This document shows positions 8,902-18,885 of a stretch of 53,684 nt of DNA, one piece after another. Each line of letters opens with the position of its first letter. Within the stretch, counting starts at the first letter, position 1. Origin of the DNA: an uncultured bacterium. GTDB taxonomy: Bacteria; SAR324; NAC60-12. Under the pieces are notes generated by a model. That model made no database searches, was not told where the DNA came from, and saw only the letters and a program-made list of their open reading frames with translations. The position numbers and the translations under genes were made by a program. The DNA lies in NCBI GenBank assembly GCA_964010765.1, contig CAXGMD010000012.1, forward strand, positions 1 to 53,684. The letters are read 5' to 3'.

Positions 8902-11466
8902 ATGCAGATCTGGTTTAAACTGGCTTGGCGAGAAATCCGGAATAACCATAAATTCAGTGCTTTCTTCGTCCTTAATTTGGCAATTGGATTGGTAGGCTTT
9001 TTAGCGCTTAATTCTTTCAATTCATCGATCCAAAGTCATTTGGGACGTAATGCGAAAGGCATTCTAACCGCTGACATTGCGGTCAATGCAACTCGTCTCT
9101 TTACAGAAGAAGAACTCCGAACGATTAGCAAGAGCCTTGAACCCATAGATCAGAGTCGTCAGATCTCCTTTGTTTCAATGTCTGCCAGTGGAGTCAACTC
9201 ACGCTTATCACAGATTATTGCTGTTGATGCCGGCTTTCCACTATACGGAGAATTGGAACTGCAGGAAAAAGGGATCATTGGACCAAGCGAAGTTGCCCAA
9301 GCGCTGAAGGAGCAAGTCATCTGGGTCTATCCTGACCTACTGACCTCTCTGGATTTGAAACTGGGAGATTCCCTGCAGATTGGTACCCAGATGTTCAAAA
9401 TTGCTGATGTGGTGCTACAGGATCCAGGAACCAGTTTCTCTACTTTTGGAGTGGCTTCTCGAATTTACATGAGCTACGAGCAGGTACAGAATACAGGCCT
9501 AACAACTGTTGGGAAAAGTAGGGTTTTTCACCGTCAATATTACAAGTTAGCTCCAGGGATTGATGAAGAACTAGCTGCTGAAAAATTACAGAAGGATCTT
9601 GATGAACTCGGGGAAGAAGCATACTCGCTTAGAGTTCAGACGCCTGCCGGAGCAAGCCAGCAAGTTGGCCGGGCCTTGGGCTACCTGAATGATTATCTGG
9701 GGATGGTCTCGCTGGTTGCTTTGTTTTTAGCAGGATTGGGTGCAGCCTATTTATTCCGTGATTATCTTCACAGCCGTTTTCAGGAAATAGCTATTCTAAT
9801 GAGTTTGGGAGCCGCCAGAAGGTCAACCTATCTCCTTTTACTAAGTCAGATATTGATTCTGGGTGGGATGGCTGTGATTGTCTCTGCCTTGGCATCTCTA
9901 GCCTTGTTACAGATTCTACCTCATCTTGTTTCAGATTTTCTTCCGCTTGGCTTTCAACAAGAAATGCCTTGGGCCAGTCTGGCTGTAGCTATGGTACTAG
10001 GAACCATTGGTAGCCTGATTTTCTGTTTGCCTGTACTGACTTCGATTCATCGTGTTCAACCAATTGCCCTACTACGGGACACTAGTCGAGAGTTCAGTCG
10101 TGGTAACACCTGGAAGCTGAAGTTGGTAAGCTACTTACCTGGTCTTTTGGTGTATGGAGGGCTGACGATCTGGGTTGCCGGATTCAAAAGAGGGGGATTG
10201 TTTTTGTTGCTTTTCATGGGAGCCTTGCTAGTACTTGCGTTGTTGGCCTGGCTGCTCTTCAAGGTCTGTGGGCATCTTTCGAATCGTCAAAAACCCGTCT
10301 TCAAGATCGCTCTTCGCAGCCTGAACCGTAACCGAGTTGCAGCAATTTCCTGTTTCCTGTCAATGTCCTTGGGAACCCTGCTGATCAACCTGATTCCACA
10401 GTTGCAGCAGGGGTTAGTCGAAGAACTGGAACGACCGGATGACAGTCGGGTCCCAACGTTTTTTGTCTTCGATATCCAGGAAGAACAGATCTCAGGTCTG
10501 ACCGAGGTGGTCACCCAAGAAGGTTTTGCTCTAGAGAGCCTTTCTCCACTGGTGAGAGCCCGACTCTCAATGGTCAATGGAGAGATTTACCAAGGGCAGG
10601 ACAGAGATGATGTGGTTCGGGATGAAAACCTTGAACGTCGACGAAGGAGTCGCACATACAACTTGTCCTATCTTTCTGCGGATCAGGCGAACCTTGGGAT
10701 TGTAAAAGGTAAGCCACTCAGTGGAAGCTATGATTTCATCGGAGATCAACCCGTTCAGGTTTCTTTGGAAAAGGAGTTTGCTAGCTGGCGTGAGTGGCGT
10801 GTTGGGGACCGGTTGACCTTTGACATCGCCGGCATCCCGATTGAAGCCCAGGTGGCTAACTTGCGGAAGGTGGAATGGACAACTTTTCAACCAGACTTCT
10901 TTATCGTGATGCAGCCTGGAGCATTGGAAGATGCTCCCAAGGTTTTCTTAGCCAGTATTCGGAATGTTCCCCCAGAGAAACGACTTTCTCTGCAAAACAG
11001 TATCGTTCGTGCCTATCCCAATATTTCTGTGATTGATGTAACCAGAATTTTAGCGAGGGCCTTCGAAATCATTGATCAGGTCAGCTTTGCAATTAACTTT
11101 ATGGCGTATTTGGCAATTCTGGCTGGTCTGGTAGTACTTTACTCTATCGCTCGGCAGGAAGTGCAAAGTCGGGTTTGGGAGATGAATCTGCTCAAGACCT
11201 TGGGAGCCCGATTCCCCCTAGTGATGCGCATTGTTCAAACAGAGTTTGGGCTGCTGGCTTTGTTTGCAGCAGCTTCGGGCCTACTACTCAGCTTGGTCTT
11301 TTCTTTCATCATTTCGTGGGTAGTCTTCGAGAATCTTTGGAGAATCAACTGGTGGAGCAATGCGGTTACTTTGATGGCAGTGGTAGCCCTCAGCGTTGTG
11401 ACAGCTAGTCTTGCAGCACATCGAACGCTACGTCAGAAGCCTCTAGCGCTTTTAAGAACTGTTTAA
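8902..11466 (+). CDS. YbbP-like ABC transporter permease (duplicated MacB/FtsX)
   Basis: LAWRE start, AVDAGFPLYG, two FtsX-type TM blocks, FFVFDIQ, LRKVEW..FQPDFF. Confidence 0.88.
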   Translation: MQIWFKLAWREIRNNHKFSAFFVLNLAIGLVGFLALNSFNSSIQSHLGRNAKGILTADIAVNATRLFTEEELRTISKSLEPIDQSRQISFVSMSASGVNSRLSQIIAVDAGFPLYGELELQEKGIIGPSEVAQALKEQVIWVYPDLLTSLDLKLGDSLQIGTQMFKIADVVLQDPGTSFSTFGVASRIYMSYEQVQNTGLTTVGKSRVFHRQYYKLAPGIDEELAAEKLQKDLDELGEEAYSLRVQTPAGASQQVGRALGYLNDYLGMVSLVALFLAGLGAAYLFRDYLHSRFQEIAILMSLGAARRSTYLLLLSQILILGGMAVIVSALASLALLQILPHLVSDFLPLGFQQEMPWASLAVAMVLGTIGSLIFCLPVLTSIHRVQPIALLRDTSREFSRGNTWKLKLVSYLPGLLVYGGLTIWVAGFKRGGLFLLLFMGALLVLALLAWLLFKVCGHLSNRQKPVFKIALRSLNRNRVAAISCFLSMSLGTLLINLIPQLQQGLVEELERPDDSRVPTFFVFDIQEEQISGLTEVVTQEGFALESLSPLVRARLSMVNGEIYQGQDRDDVVRDENLERRRRSRTYNLSYLSADQANLGIVKGKPLSGSYDFIGDQPVQVSLEKEFASWREWRVGDRLTFDIAGIPIEAQVANLRKVEWTTFQPDFFIVMQPGALEDAPKVFLASIRNVPPEKRLSLQNSIVRAYPNISVIDVTRILARAFEIIDQVSFAINFMAYLAILAGLVVLYSIARQEVQSRVWEMNLLKTLGARFPLVMRIVQTEFGLLALFAAASGLLLSLVFSFIISWVVFENLWRINWWSNAVTLMAVVALSVVTASLAAHRTLRQKPLALLRTV

Positions 11467-11480
11467 ATCTTTGTGAGGGA

Positions 11481-12095
11481 TCAGGGCAACTCCGAACTTA
11501 AAAGAATTCGGACTCCCTGCTCCTGCAAAGCTACAAGGGCATGGTCGACATCCCCTGTCATTAAGTTCACTCCACGAGTTGCATCTGAAATCACGATAGT
11601 TCGAAACCCAAGTTCAGCGGCATCTGCTGCCGTAAAGCGTACACAGTAGTCGGTTGCCAGACCTACCACAAATACTTCGTCTATTCCTTGCTCACGCAGA
11701 TACTCCCCCATTCCAGTACTGCTTTGGTGGTCGTTATCAAAGAATCCGCTATAGCTGTCAATTCGTGGATTTTGACCTTTGCGGAAAACTCTTTTGACCC
11801 TACTCTGATCCAGATTGGAGATGAATTGGGCTCCCTCGGTTTCTTGAACACAGTGAATTGGCCAGAGGACTTGCGGGATTCCATATAGATCAATCAATTC
11901 TCCCGGTTGTCTTCCCTCGTGCTGAACTGCAAAACTCTGATGGTCTGAGGGATGCCAGTCTTGGGTTGCTACCACGAGGTCAAACTTTTGCTGAAGTTGA
12001 TTGATCAGCGGAACAATGCTGTCACCCTCAGGAACCGGGAGCGCTCCACTAGGAGTGAAATCATTTTGTAGATCAACAAGAATCAAAGCATTCAT
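11481..12095 (-). CDS. pncA: Nicotinamidase/pyrazinamidase
   Basis: ALILVDLQNDF..GAL.V, TQDWHP..H.SF, WP.HCVQ, KG....DSYSGF, GLATDYCV. Start at MNALIL (12095). Confidence 0.95.
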   Translation of the reverse strand: MNALILVDLQNDFTPSGALPVPEGDSIVPLINQLQQKFDLVVATQDWHPSDHQSFAVQHEGRQPGELIDLYGIPQVLWPIHCVQETEGAQFISNLDQSRVKRVFRKGQNPRIDSYSGFFDNDHQSSTGMGEYLREQGIDEVFVVGLATDYCVRFTAADAAELGFRTIVISDATRGVNLMTGDVDHALVALQEQGVRILLSSELP

Positions 12096-12111
12096 GGGGA
12101 GTGTTTTGGAA

Positions 12112-12513
12112 TCAGTTGGCGAATCGGTCAATACGCATCGGAGTTTTTCGCTCACAGCGACGGTCCCAGTCCTTGTCGTTAGATGCACAGGGGGTTGGAT
12201 TGGATTCAAAGACACAGTAGTGTTCGCCCGGAGGTAGCTGGGAGTCCAATGGCACTTCATACCGGCGGCCATCATAAAATTGGGCGATCACACCGTTTGA
12301 AATCGGAACCAGTTTTTGTACTCGCGAATCCAAAGAGGGAGCAACGTACCGAGCATAGCGCGGGGTGTAGAGCAACTCACAAAGTTCCATCACATGCAGC
12401 CGTTTGTTGGTTGGATAACTGAAATCAACATTATTGGGTGGATTGCTGCTGCAAGCAAAAATTCCGATTCCAAGTATGCTGAACAGCAAGGAACCACGAC
12501 AAAAAAACGACAT
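12112..12513 (-). CDS. Hypothetical lipoprotein
   Basis: Hydrophobic signal ending in IFAC lipobox. Fills the gap directly upstream of pncA. No family recognised. Confidence 0.65.
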   Translation of the reverse strand: MSFFCRGSLLFSILGIGIFACSSNPPNNVDFSYPTNKRLHVMELCELLYTPRYARYVAPSLDSRVQKLVPISNGVIAQFYDGRRYEVPLDSQLPPGEHYCVFESNPTPCASNDKDWDRRCERKTPMRIDRFAN

Positions 12514-12675
12514 GTGAACTCGCGTTTTTGAGAAAGTGCAAAATTATTGAATTTAAGGCAGGATAACTCCGGTAAAATGTCATTCAAGAATTGTTCTGAA
12601 TGGATTTGCATACATTGAGTTGGAAACCTTCTTGGCCCAATTCAACGCTTCGAGGTATTTAAGGAAAGTTGCTAG

Positions 12676-14478
12676 ATGAATCCCACTCCACATCCAATGA
12701 TTAGCCTGCTGTACTACATCCTACCTCATCGAGTCTGGTTTTCTTGGGCTTGTTTTAACAGCATTCTGAACAAAGTTCTCGACTTGATGCCTCCAGTTCT
12801 TGTGGGCTGGGTGATAGATTCTGTTCGCCGAGAACCCCCTGAATGGATTGCTAATCTTGTGGGAACAGCAGATCCATGGTCTCTCGCAGTATTTCTTGCA
12901 GTACTTGGCGTTGTCATCTTTGGCTTTGAGAGCCTCTTTGAATGGGCCTACCAGTATGGCTTCATGAACCTTGCTCAAAGAGTCCAACACAATTTACGGA
13001 CAGATGCCTACAACCACATCCAGAAGCGTGAGATTGAATTCTTTGAGAATCACCGCATGGGAGAAACCATGGCGATGCTCAATGATGACGTCAATCAAAT
13101 TGAAAGGTTTTTGAACACAGGTTTTAACGAACTGCTTCAGTTACTGGTGCTATTTTTATTTTCAATTTTTGTACTGGTGGATGTTTCCTGGCAATTGGCT
13201 CTGATTGGCTTGCTTCCTGTGCCCTTGATTCTTTGGGGAAGCTGGTTTTATCAAAACCTCATCTCACCACGTTATAAGCAAGTTCGAGAGGCAGTTGGAG
13301 GGTTGAGTAGTCGTTTGGAAAACAACATTGCAGGTATCCTGGTCATCAAGAGTTTCACAGCAGAAGTATTTGAATCCCAACGAGTTTCTGAAGCATCACT
13401 GGATTATAAGAAAGCCAATCATGCTGCAATTCGCTTCAGCTCTGTCTATGTCCCTCTTATTCGAATGGCAGTGGCAATCGGTTTTGGAGGGGTTCTGCTG
13501 CTTGGAAGTTACTGGGTTCTGGAAGACAAAGGAGTACTGACTGTTGGTGAGTTGGTGCTGTTTTCAATGCTAATCCAGCGCATGTTGTGGCCCTTGACTC
13601 GAATGGGGATCACCCTTGATGAGTATGAGCGTGCCAAGGCAAGTGCCCGTCGGACATTTGGCCTGCTGCAGACTCCCAGCAAGATTCAAGATCCTGCTGA
13701 ATCTCTGGTTCTTCCTGAACCAATGCAGGGAGAGATACACTTCGATCAAGTCCATTTTACCTATCGTCGGGGTGAGCCGGTCTTGCGAGGTCTCGATTTC
13801 AAGGTGCGGTCTGGTGAAACGATCGGTATTGCTGGAGCAACAGGTGCTGGGAAGTCAACACTGATCAAGTTGCTCCTGCGTTTGTATGACCCATCTGGTG
13901 GTGCAATTTGCCTCGATGGGCTAGATCTACGGGATCTCACCCTGCAGGACATTAGAAGTCATATCGCCCTTGTCAGTCAGGATGTTTACCTTTTTCATGG
14001 CACGATTGCGGAGAATATAGCCTACGGTTCCCCGAATAGAGACCTAGCCCAAATCCAGGCTGCGGCAGAATCAGCTCAGCTACATGATTTCGTCATGACC
14101 TTGCCAGATGATTATCAAACCGTGGTGGGTGAGCGAGGTATTCGGCTCTCGGGGGGGCAGCGGCAGCGTCTCAGTATTGCCAGGGCGATCCTGAAAGATG
14201 CTCCGATCATGGTTTTTGATGAGGCAACCAGTTCAGTTGATACTGAAACAGAGAGGGCGATCCAACAAAGTCTTTCCAGAATCACTAAAGGGAAGACCGC
14301 ATTGATTATTGCTCACCGGCTTTCCACGATCCGACATGCTGATAGAATTTTGGTGTTGAGAGATGGTCAGGTGGTTGAGGAAGGACATCATGATGACTTA
14401 TTAGAACTCAGGGGTACTTACGCTGAGCTTTGGCAGGTTCAGTCGGGTGAAGTTACAGATGTTCCTATTCTGCATTGA
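12676..14478 (+). CDS. ABC exporter, fused permease/ATPase (MsbA/MdlB-like)
   Basis: N-terminal TM domain, Walker A GATGAGKST, LSGGQRQR, VFDEATSSVD, IAHRLST. Confidence 0.95.
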   Translation: MNPTPHPMISLLYYILPHRVWFSWACFNSILNKVLDLMPPVLVGWVIDSVRREPPEWIANLVGTADPWSLAVFLAVLGVVIFGFESLFEWAYQYGFMNLAQRVQHNLRTDAYNHIQKREIEFFENHRMGETMAMLNDDVNQIERFLNTGFNELLQLLVLFLFSIFVLVDVSWQLALIGLLPVPLILWGSWFYQNLISPRYKQVREAVGGLSSRLENNIAGILVIKSFTAEVFESQRVSEASLDYKKANHAAIRFSSVYVPLIRMAVAIGFGGVLLLGSYWVLEDKGVLTVGELVLFSMLIQRMLWPLTRMGITLDEYERAKASARRTFGLLQTPSKIQDPAESLVLPEPMQGEIHFDQVHFTYRRGEPVLRGLDFKVRSGETIGIAGATGAGKSTLIKLLLRLYDPSGGAICLDGLDLRDLTLQDIRSHIALVSQDVYLFHGTIAENIAYGSPNRDLAQIQAAAESAQLHDFVMTLPDDYQTVVGERGIRLSGGQRQRLSIARAILKDAPIMVFDEATSSVDTETERAIQQSLSRITKGKTALIIAHRLSTIRHADRILVLRDGQVVEEGHHDDLLELRGTYAELWQVQSGEVTDVPILH

Positions 14479-14535
14479 AAGAAGCGATGCCTGTCAGTAC
14501 TTCCATGATCGACTGCCTTAGGTTGATGTGATCCC

Positions 14536-15270
14536 ATGAATTCGACACCACAAACAGAGTTTTGGAGGGGAGTTCGGGATACATTCCCATTGATCGTCGG
14601 AGCAATTCCGTTTGGAATTATCTTTGGAACTCTCTCTGAGAGCGGTGGGCTTTCTCTCTGGGGTGCTTTAGCTTTTTCAGCAATTGTCTTCGCTGGATCA
14701 GCTCAATTCATAGCCCTCGGAATGGTCTCTGCTGGGGCCACATGGCCCGTCATTGTGTTGGCCACCTTTGTGGTGAATCTACGACACCTCCTTTATTCAA
14801 CTACACTTCTCCAGCAGGTTCGTCACTTGCCTCAACGTTGGCGCATTCCGCTGGCTTTCTGGCTGACCGATGAGACCTTTGCAGTTGCGGTCCGGCACTA
14901 TGCGGAACCTTCCCCAATCATCCACAAGCACTGGTACTACCTAGGCTCCGCGCTCATCATGTATTTCAATTGGCAATTATGTACAATGATCGGTATTTTC
15001 TTTGGAAGGGTGGTGCCGGGTTTGGAGGAATGGGGCTTGGACTTTGCCATGTCTGCAACCTTCATCGGCATCGTTGTGCCTTATCTGAAGAATCGTCCCA
15101 TGATCGCCGCAGCTATCGTTGCTTCGGGCCTAGGTTTGGCCTTGCATGGATTGCCAAACAAACTCGGGCTTATGATTGCCGCGTTAGCTGGAGTAGCTAC
15201 TGGTTTTTTTCTGGAACAAAGACTGGCTAGTAATCGAATGAATGAGGTAATAGCGAAGCCAAATGAATGA
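14536..15270 (+). CDS. azlC: AzlC-family branched-chain amino acid exporter, large subunit
   Basis: [36 protein letters not shown]. Confidence 0.92.
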   Translation: MNSTPQTEFWRGVRDTFPLIVGAIPFGIIFGTLSESGGLSLWGALAFSAIVFAGSAQFIALGMVSAGATWPVIVLATFVVNLRHLLYSTTLLQQVRHLPQRWRIPLAFWLTDETFAVAVRHYAEPSPIIHKHWYYLGSALIMYFNWQLCTMIGIFFGRVVPGLEEWGLDFAMSATFIGIVVPYLKNRPMIAAAIVASGLGLALHGLPNKLGLMIAALAGVATGFFLEQRLASNRMNEVIAKPNE

Positions 15271-15589
15271 GTTTTTGCTAGTTGGTGGGATGTTCTTGGT
15301 AACCTTTCTGGTCCGTTATCTTCCGTTTGGACTGGCGGGTTCCTTACAAATTCCTGAGCCTCTCGAGCGTGCACTGCGGTATGTTTCAGTCGCTGTCTTG
15401 ATGGCGATTGTCGCCCCTGCCGTTTTGATTCCCCAGGGAGATTCTGTCCAATTTAGTTGGCAAAACCCCCATCTTTTGGGAGCCTGTGCAGCCTTTCTGG
15501 CTGGTTGGTGGAAAAACAACTTGTTGCTAACCATTGTGGTCAGCATGGTGGTTTTTTTTATATCCCAGTTTCTAATTGGGAGATTCTAA
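15263..15589 (+). CDS. azlD: AzlD-family small subunit
   Basis: [23 protein letters not shown], overlapping the azlC 3' end. Confidence 0.88.
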   Translation: MNEFLLVGGMFLVTFLVRYLPFGLAGSLQIPEPLERALRYVSVAVLMAIVAPAVLIPQGDSVQFSWQNPHLLGACAAFLAGWWKNNLLLTIVVSMVVFFISQFLIGRF

Positions 15590-15625
15590 ATCCTACTTTG
15601 AAGCCGTATCTTATCGTGGATGGAA

Positions 15626-16411
15626 TTATTTCCCACACCAGACAGGATGGCGTTTTTCAATGAAAGCAGAGATTCCCTCCTGAGCATCCCGAGCCTCTAG
15701 ATTTCGAACCATCACCTCCTTCGTGTAATTATACGCTTCACTCAAAGGCAGCTCAGCCTGCCGGTAGTAGGCTTCCTTGCCGATAGCGACAGTCAGTGGA
15801 GATTTGGAGGCAATTTTTCGTGCCAGTTCTATCGTCTTCCTCTCCAACTGTTCAGCATCGACAACCTCATTGACTAGTCCCATTCTGTAGGCATTTTGAG
15901 CATCAATCAGATCGCCTGTCAGTAACATCTGCATCGCGTGCTTGTTTGATAAATTACGGGAAAGAGCAACCATTGGAGTGGAACAAAATAAACCAATATT
16001 AACACCAGGGGTTGCAAAGCGGGCATCTTGCGAGGAAATCGCCAAATCACAACTTGCAACGAGTTGAGTTCCTGCAGCAGTCGCTATTCCATGCACCTGG
16101 GCAATGACAGGTTTAGGTAAACGGATGATCGTCTGCATCAACTCCGCACAATCTGCGAAAAGTTGTTCTGTGTAATTTCTTGAATAATTTTGAGCCTTGA
16201 TCTCTTTGAGATCGTGTCCCGCACAAAAGCCAGGGCCAGCTCCTGCCAGAATAACGACGCGGACAGCTTCATCTGTAGAAACCTCAATGAAGGCATCGAG
16301 CAACGCTCTCAGCATTCCTTGGGAGAGAGCATTCCGTGCTTGCGGTCGATTCATTGTCAGAGTGGTAACGCCTTCATCGTCGTGGCGAAGTACTAAAGCT
16401 TCTTCAGTCAT
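15626..16411 (-). CDS. Enoyl-CoA hydratase/isomerase (crotonase superfamily)
   Basis: LTMNRP..RNALS, FCAGHDLKE, ATAAGTQLVASCDLA, FATPGVNIGLFCSTP, EGISAFIEKR.P.W. Start MTEEAL at 16411. Confidence 0.92.
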   Translation of the reverse strand: MTEEALVLRHDDEGVTTLTMNRPQARNALSQGMLRALLDAFIEVSTDEAVRVVILAGAGPGFCAGHDLKEIKAQNYSRNYTEQLFADCAELMQTIIRLPKPVIAQVHGIATAAGTQLVASCDLAISSQDARFATPGVNIGLFCSTPMVALSRNLSNKHAMQMLLTGDLIDAQNAYRMGLVNEVVDAEQLERKTIELARKIASKSPLTVAIGKEAYYRQAELPLSEAYNYTKEVMVRNLEARDAQEGISAFIEKRHPVWCGK

Positions 16412-16454
16412 TTTCTTCTCAGATTGGGTTAAATTTAGAAATTGATCACTTGTC

Positions 16455-17252
16455 TCACTGTTTGCGCAACGCTCCAGTTTCATCAACTTTCCGCAACGCT
16501 TTTAATTCATCCTCAGTTGGTTCTGGTACCACATGCACACTCGGAGAGACCTTCAGTTCCCAACCCGTGTTGGACTTGATTTCCTCGATGTTTGAGAAAG
16601 GGTAGTAGGCATCGAGTTGGAATTCCTTAGTTTCGGGGTTAGGTCTGAGGATACCCAGAGTCGTAATAATTGCAGAGGGGCCACCTCCTACAAAACCGTA
16701 GCGCTCCCGAGTATTCCCGCCATCCAAGTACCCAGGTGAGCTTATGTAGGTTACTTTTTCTGCAAATCTTTTTGGCTCATGGGCTACCATGATCAAAACC
16801 CTACCGGCTCCACATGCAATATCATTTGCTCCTCCAGCGCCAGTCAATCTAGTTTTGGGCGTACGATAGTGATCTCCGATCTCCCCATCCCAAATTCCCG
16901 TTGTATTGACGTTTCCATACATATCGACCTGAGCTGCTCCAATAATGCCGACATCACAGCGTCCCGAAGCGACTAGAAATCCAAGTGCATCCACTCCATT
17001 CGTAAAGCTTGTTGCATTCGCTGAGATCCGGTTGCATTCAATCCCCCAAGGGAGTCCCCCAACTGGAAATGCCCCGTAAACTCCACCCTCCGTCATTGCA
17101 CGAATATTTGGTGCATGGTGCGCTTGAGCAAAATAACCAGCCAGCATTGAGAGTCCCACACCAAAGATGGCCAACTCGCCGTCACGTAATTCCCGGCCAG
17201 TAGCAATAGCCATCATTTCCTGGCGAGTGTATTCAAGCTTGTGACTGTTCAT
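16455..17252 (-). CDS. Family I CoA-transferase beta subunit (GctB/PcaJ-like)
   Basis: EMMAIA..REL.DG, MTEGG (candidate catalytic Glu), GAAQVD.YGNVNTT, GAGGANDI, YISSPGY. Confidence 0.88.
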   Translation of the reverse strand: MNSHKLEYTRQEMMAIATGRELRDGELAIFGVGLSMLAGYFAQAHHAPNIRAMTEGGVYGAFPVGGLPWGIECNRISANATSFTNGVDALGFLVASGRCDVGIIGAAQVDMYGNVNTTGIWDGEIGDHYRTPKTRLTGAGGANDIACGAGRVLIMVAHEPKRFAEKVTYISSPGYLDGGNTRERYGFVGGGPSAIITTLGILRPNPETKEFQLDAYYPFSNIEEIKSNTGWELKVSPSVHVVPEPTEDELKALRKVDETGALRKQ

Positions 17253-18241
17253 CTCTCGCCCTCCAAAACTAATTTTGCAATTTCATCTGCAGAAAGAATC
17301 CACTTGCGGTAAGGATCCATCAGAAAACTTGTTTCGGTTTGGGTGATTTTCTCTCTCGTCTTATTGCCAATCATGTCCAGATAGTCTCGGTGACTCTGGT
17401 AGCTAAATACATAGTCTTTCAAGTACTGTTGTGTGGTTTCATCAGTCGCAAGTGCTTTGTTCATTGAACGCATATGATTTTCATCCACATCATAAAGTCC
17501 TGGTGAACTTTGTGGCCAGGCAGCAAAAGGCCAGTAGACAACGGCATCAACTACGATATCAGGAATACGTACTAGGTTAGGGAATTGTCTCATACAGTCT
17601 GTGTGGACAATTTCATCAGCCACCAAGATCACCTTTTTGGCGGCACGAGAGAGTTCGAAACGGCTCCACTCAGTTCCCAACATAATGGCGTTACCCAGTG
17701 GATCGGCCATGGAGACATGAATTGCAGCAACTTCTGGTCGTAAACTTTGAAAGGCCCCGAGTTGTCGACCACTGAAAGGATCAGTGATCATGGGGATCTT
17801 GCTGGTTGCTGGATATTCATCTGGTGAGAAAGCGCTGCGATACTGGATGTCAGAGCCGATATTTACTGTAGCTGGTACGAAGGGCCAGTTCATCGCACCC
17901 CCCAATAGCCGGATTGCCATGGCTAGATTGGAATAATCTTCCAATTGGGTTACCCCAGTTTCCACCGCTCTACGCAGTCCGTTGGCAAATCCAAAAACCT
18001 CGAGACCAGAAAAACCACACTCTGCTTTATCAACAGCCCCAGCCCCAGCCAAGAGATTGAGTTGCTGGGAATTACAGTGAAAAATCGCATGGAGCTGATT
18101 CCGACCCTGACGCAAAAGCTCCCGTCCGAAAACGATCGCATCAGAGCCAATTGGCAGTGCCGCACCACTGGCATATTGAACACCGTTTTGCGTGAAGCGA
18201 TCAACCGCGGTTGCCAGAGAAATTAACTTAGGTTGAGGCAT
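17249..18241 (-). CDS. Family I CoA-transferase alpha subunit (GctA/PcaI-like)
   Basis: ELLRQG, DYSN..MAIRL.GGA...PF.P, DPFSG, IHVS.AD..GN, AAKKVIL.ADEIV. ATGA-coupled to the beta subunit. Confidence 0.85.
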   Translation of the reverse strand: MPQPKLISLATAVDRFTQNGVQYASGAALPIGSDAIVFGRELLRQGRNQLHAIFHCNSQQLNLLAGAGAVDKAECGFSGLEVFGFANGLRRAVETGVTQLEDYSNLAMAIRLLGGAMNWPFVPATVNIGSDIQYRSAFSPDEYPATSKIPMITDPFSGRQLGAFQSLRPEVAAIHVSMADPLGNAIMLGTEWSRFELSRAAKKVILVADEIVHTDCMRQFPNLVRIPDIVVDAVVYWPFAAWPQSSPGLYDVDENHMRSMNKALATDETTQQYLKDYVFSYQSHRDYLDMIGNKTREKITQTETSFLMDPYRKWILSADEIAKLVLEGER

Positions 18242-18395
18242 GTCTTTGGGTTCGCCTAATACTATTCTATGAAATGTCTAGTGGAACAAACTTGTTTCCA
18301 GATAAATAGAGCCGTCGAACTTATCCCTTATTCAAGGAGGATTCAAGTGTTGGAAGATCGTTCGATCAGAAGAGATCGGGGTGCAGAGGGATATG

Positions 18396-18878
18396 TCAGG
18401 CGAGTAAGTTTGTCGGAGATACCGCTATTCCATCAGAATCGCAATAAATCCAATGGTTTGGTGTCAAGCAAATATTCCCGAATTGGAGAGGTATGTTTTG
18501 GAATCCTGATCCAGTTTTGGTACTTTTACGAGGATTCGTACCAAGAGCCTTCAAGCCAATTTGCAGATTACCAATTGCAACACTGTCCCGAATTGCACCG
18601 TACACAACGATTCCAGACCAGCCATTGCTACGGGCAAGCTCTGCGATAAGATCTCCGACAAGGGATCTGCGGAGGGAGCCAGCACCATCAATCACCAGAA
18701 CCCTCTCCTGACCACTTTCCGATAGAGTCTGGCGGATCAGACTGTTGTCTTCGTGGCACCTGATTGTCGAGATCTGGCCAAAAAAGCTCTTGGTACCGCC
18801 AAAGTTTTGGAATGGGAGCTCACAACTTTGAAGCTGATCTTCAAAATCATCGAATAAATCCGCAGTAGAAAAATTCAT
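18396..18878 (-). CDS. rraA: RraA family (RNase E regulator / HMG-aldolase-like)
   Basis: TADLFD, FGG..SFFG, C.EDN, VLVIDGAGS, GD.IA, NGWSGIVVYGAIRD, D.DGI. Confidence 0.92.
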   Translation of the reverse strand: MNFSTADLFDDFEDQLQSCELPFQNFGGTKSFFGQISTIRCHEDNSLIRQTLSESGQERVLVIDGAGSLRRSLVGDLIAELARSNGWSGIVVYGAIRDSVAIGNLQIGLKALGTNPRKSTKTGSGFQNIPLQFGNICLTPNHWIYCDSDGIAVSPTNLLA

Positions 18879-18885
18879 GATTTTT

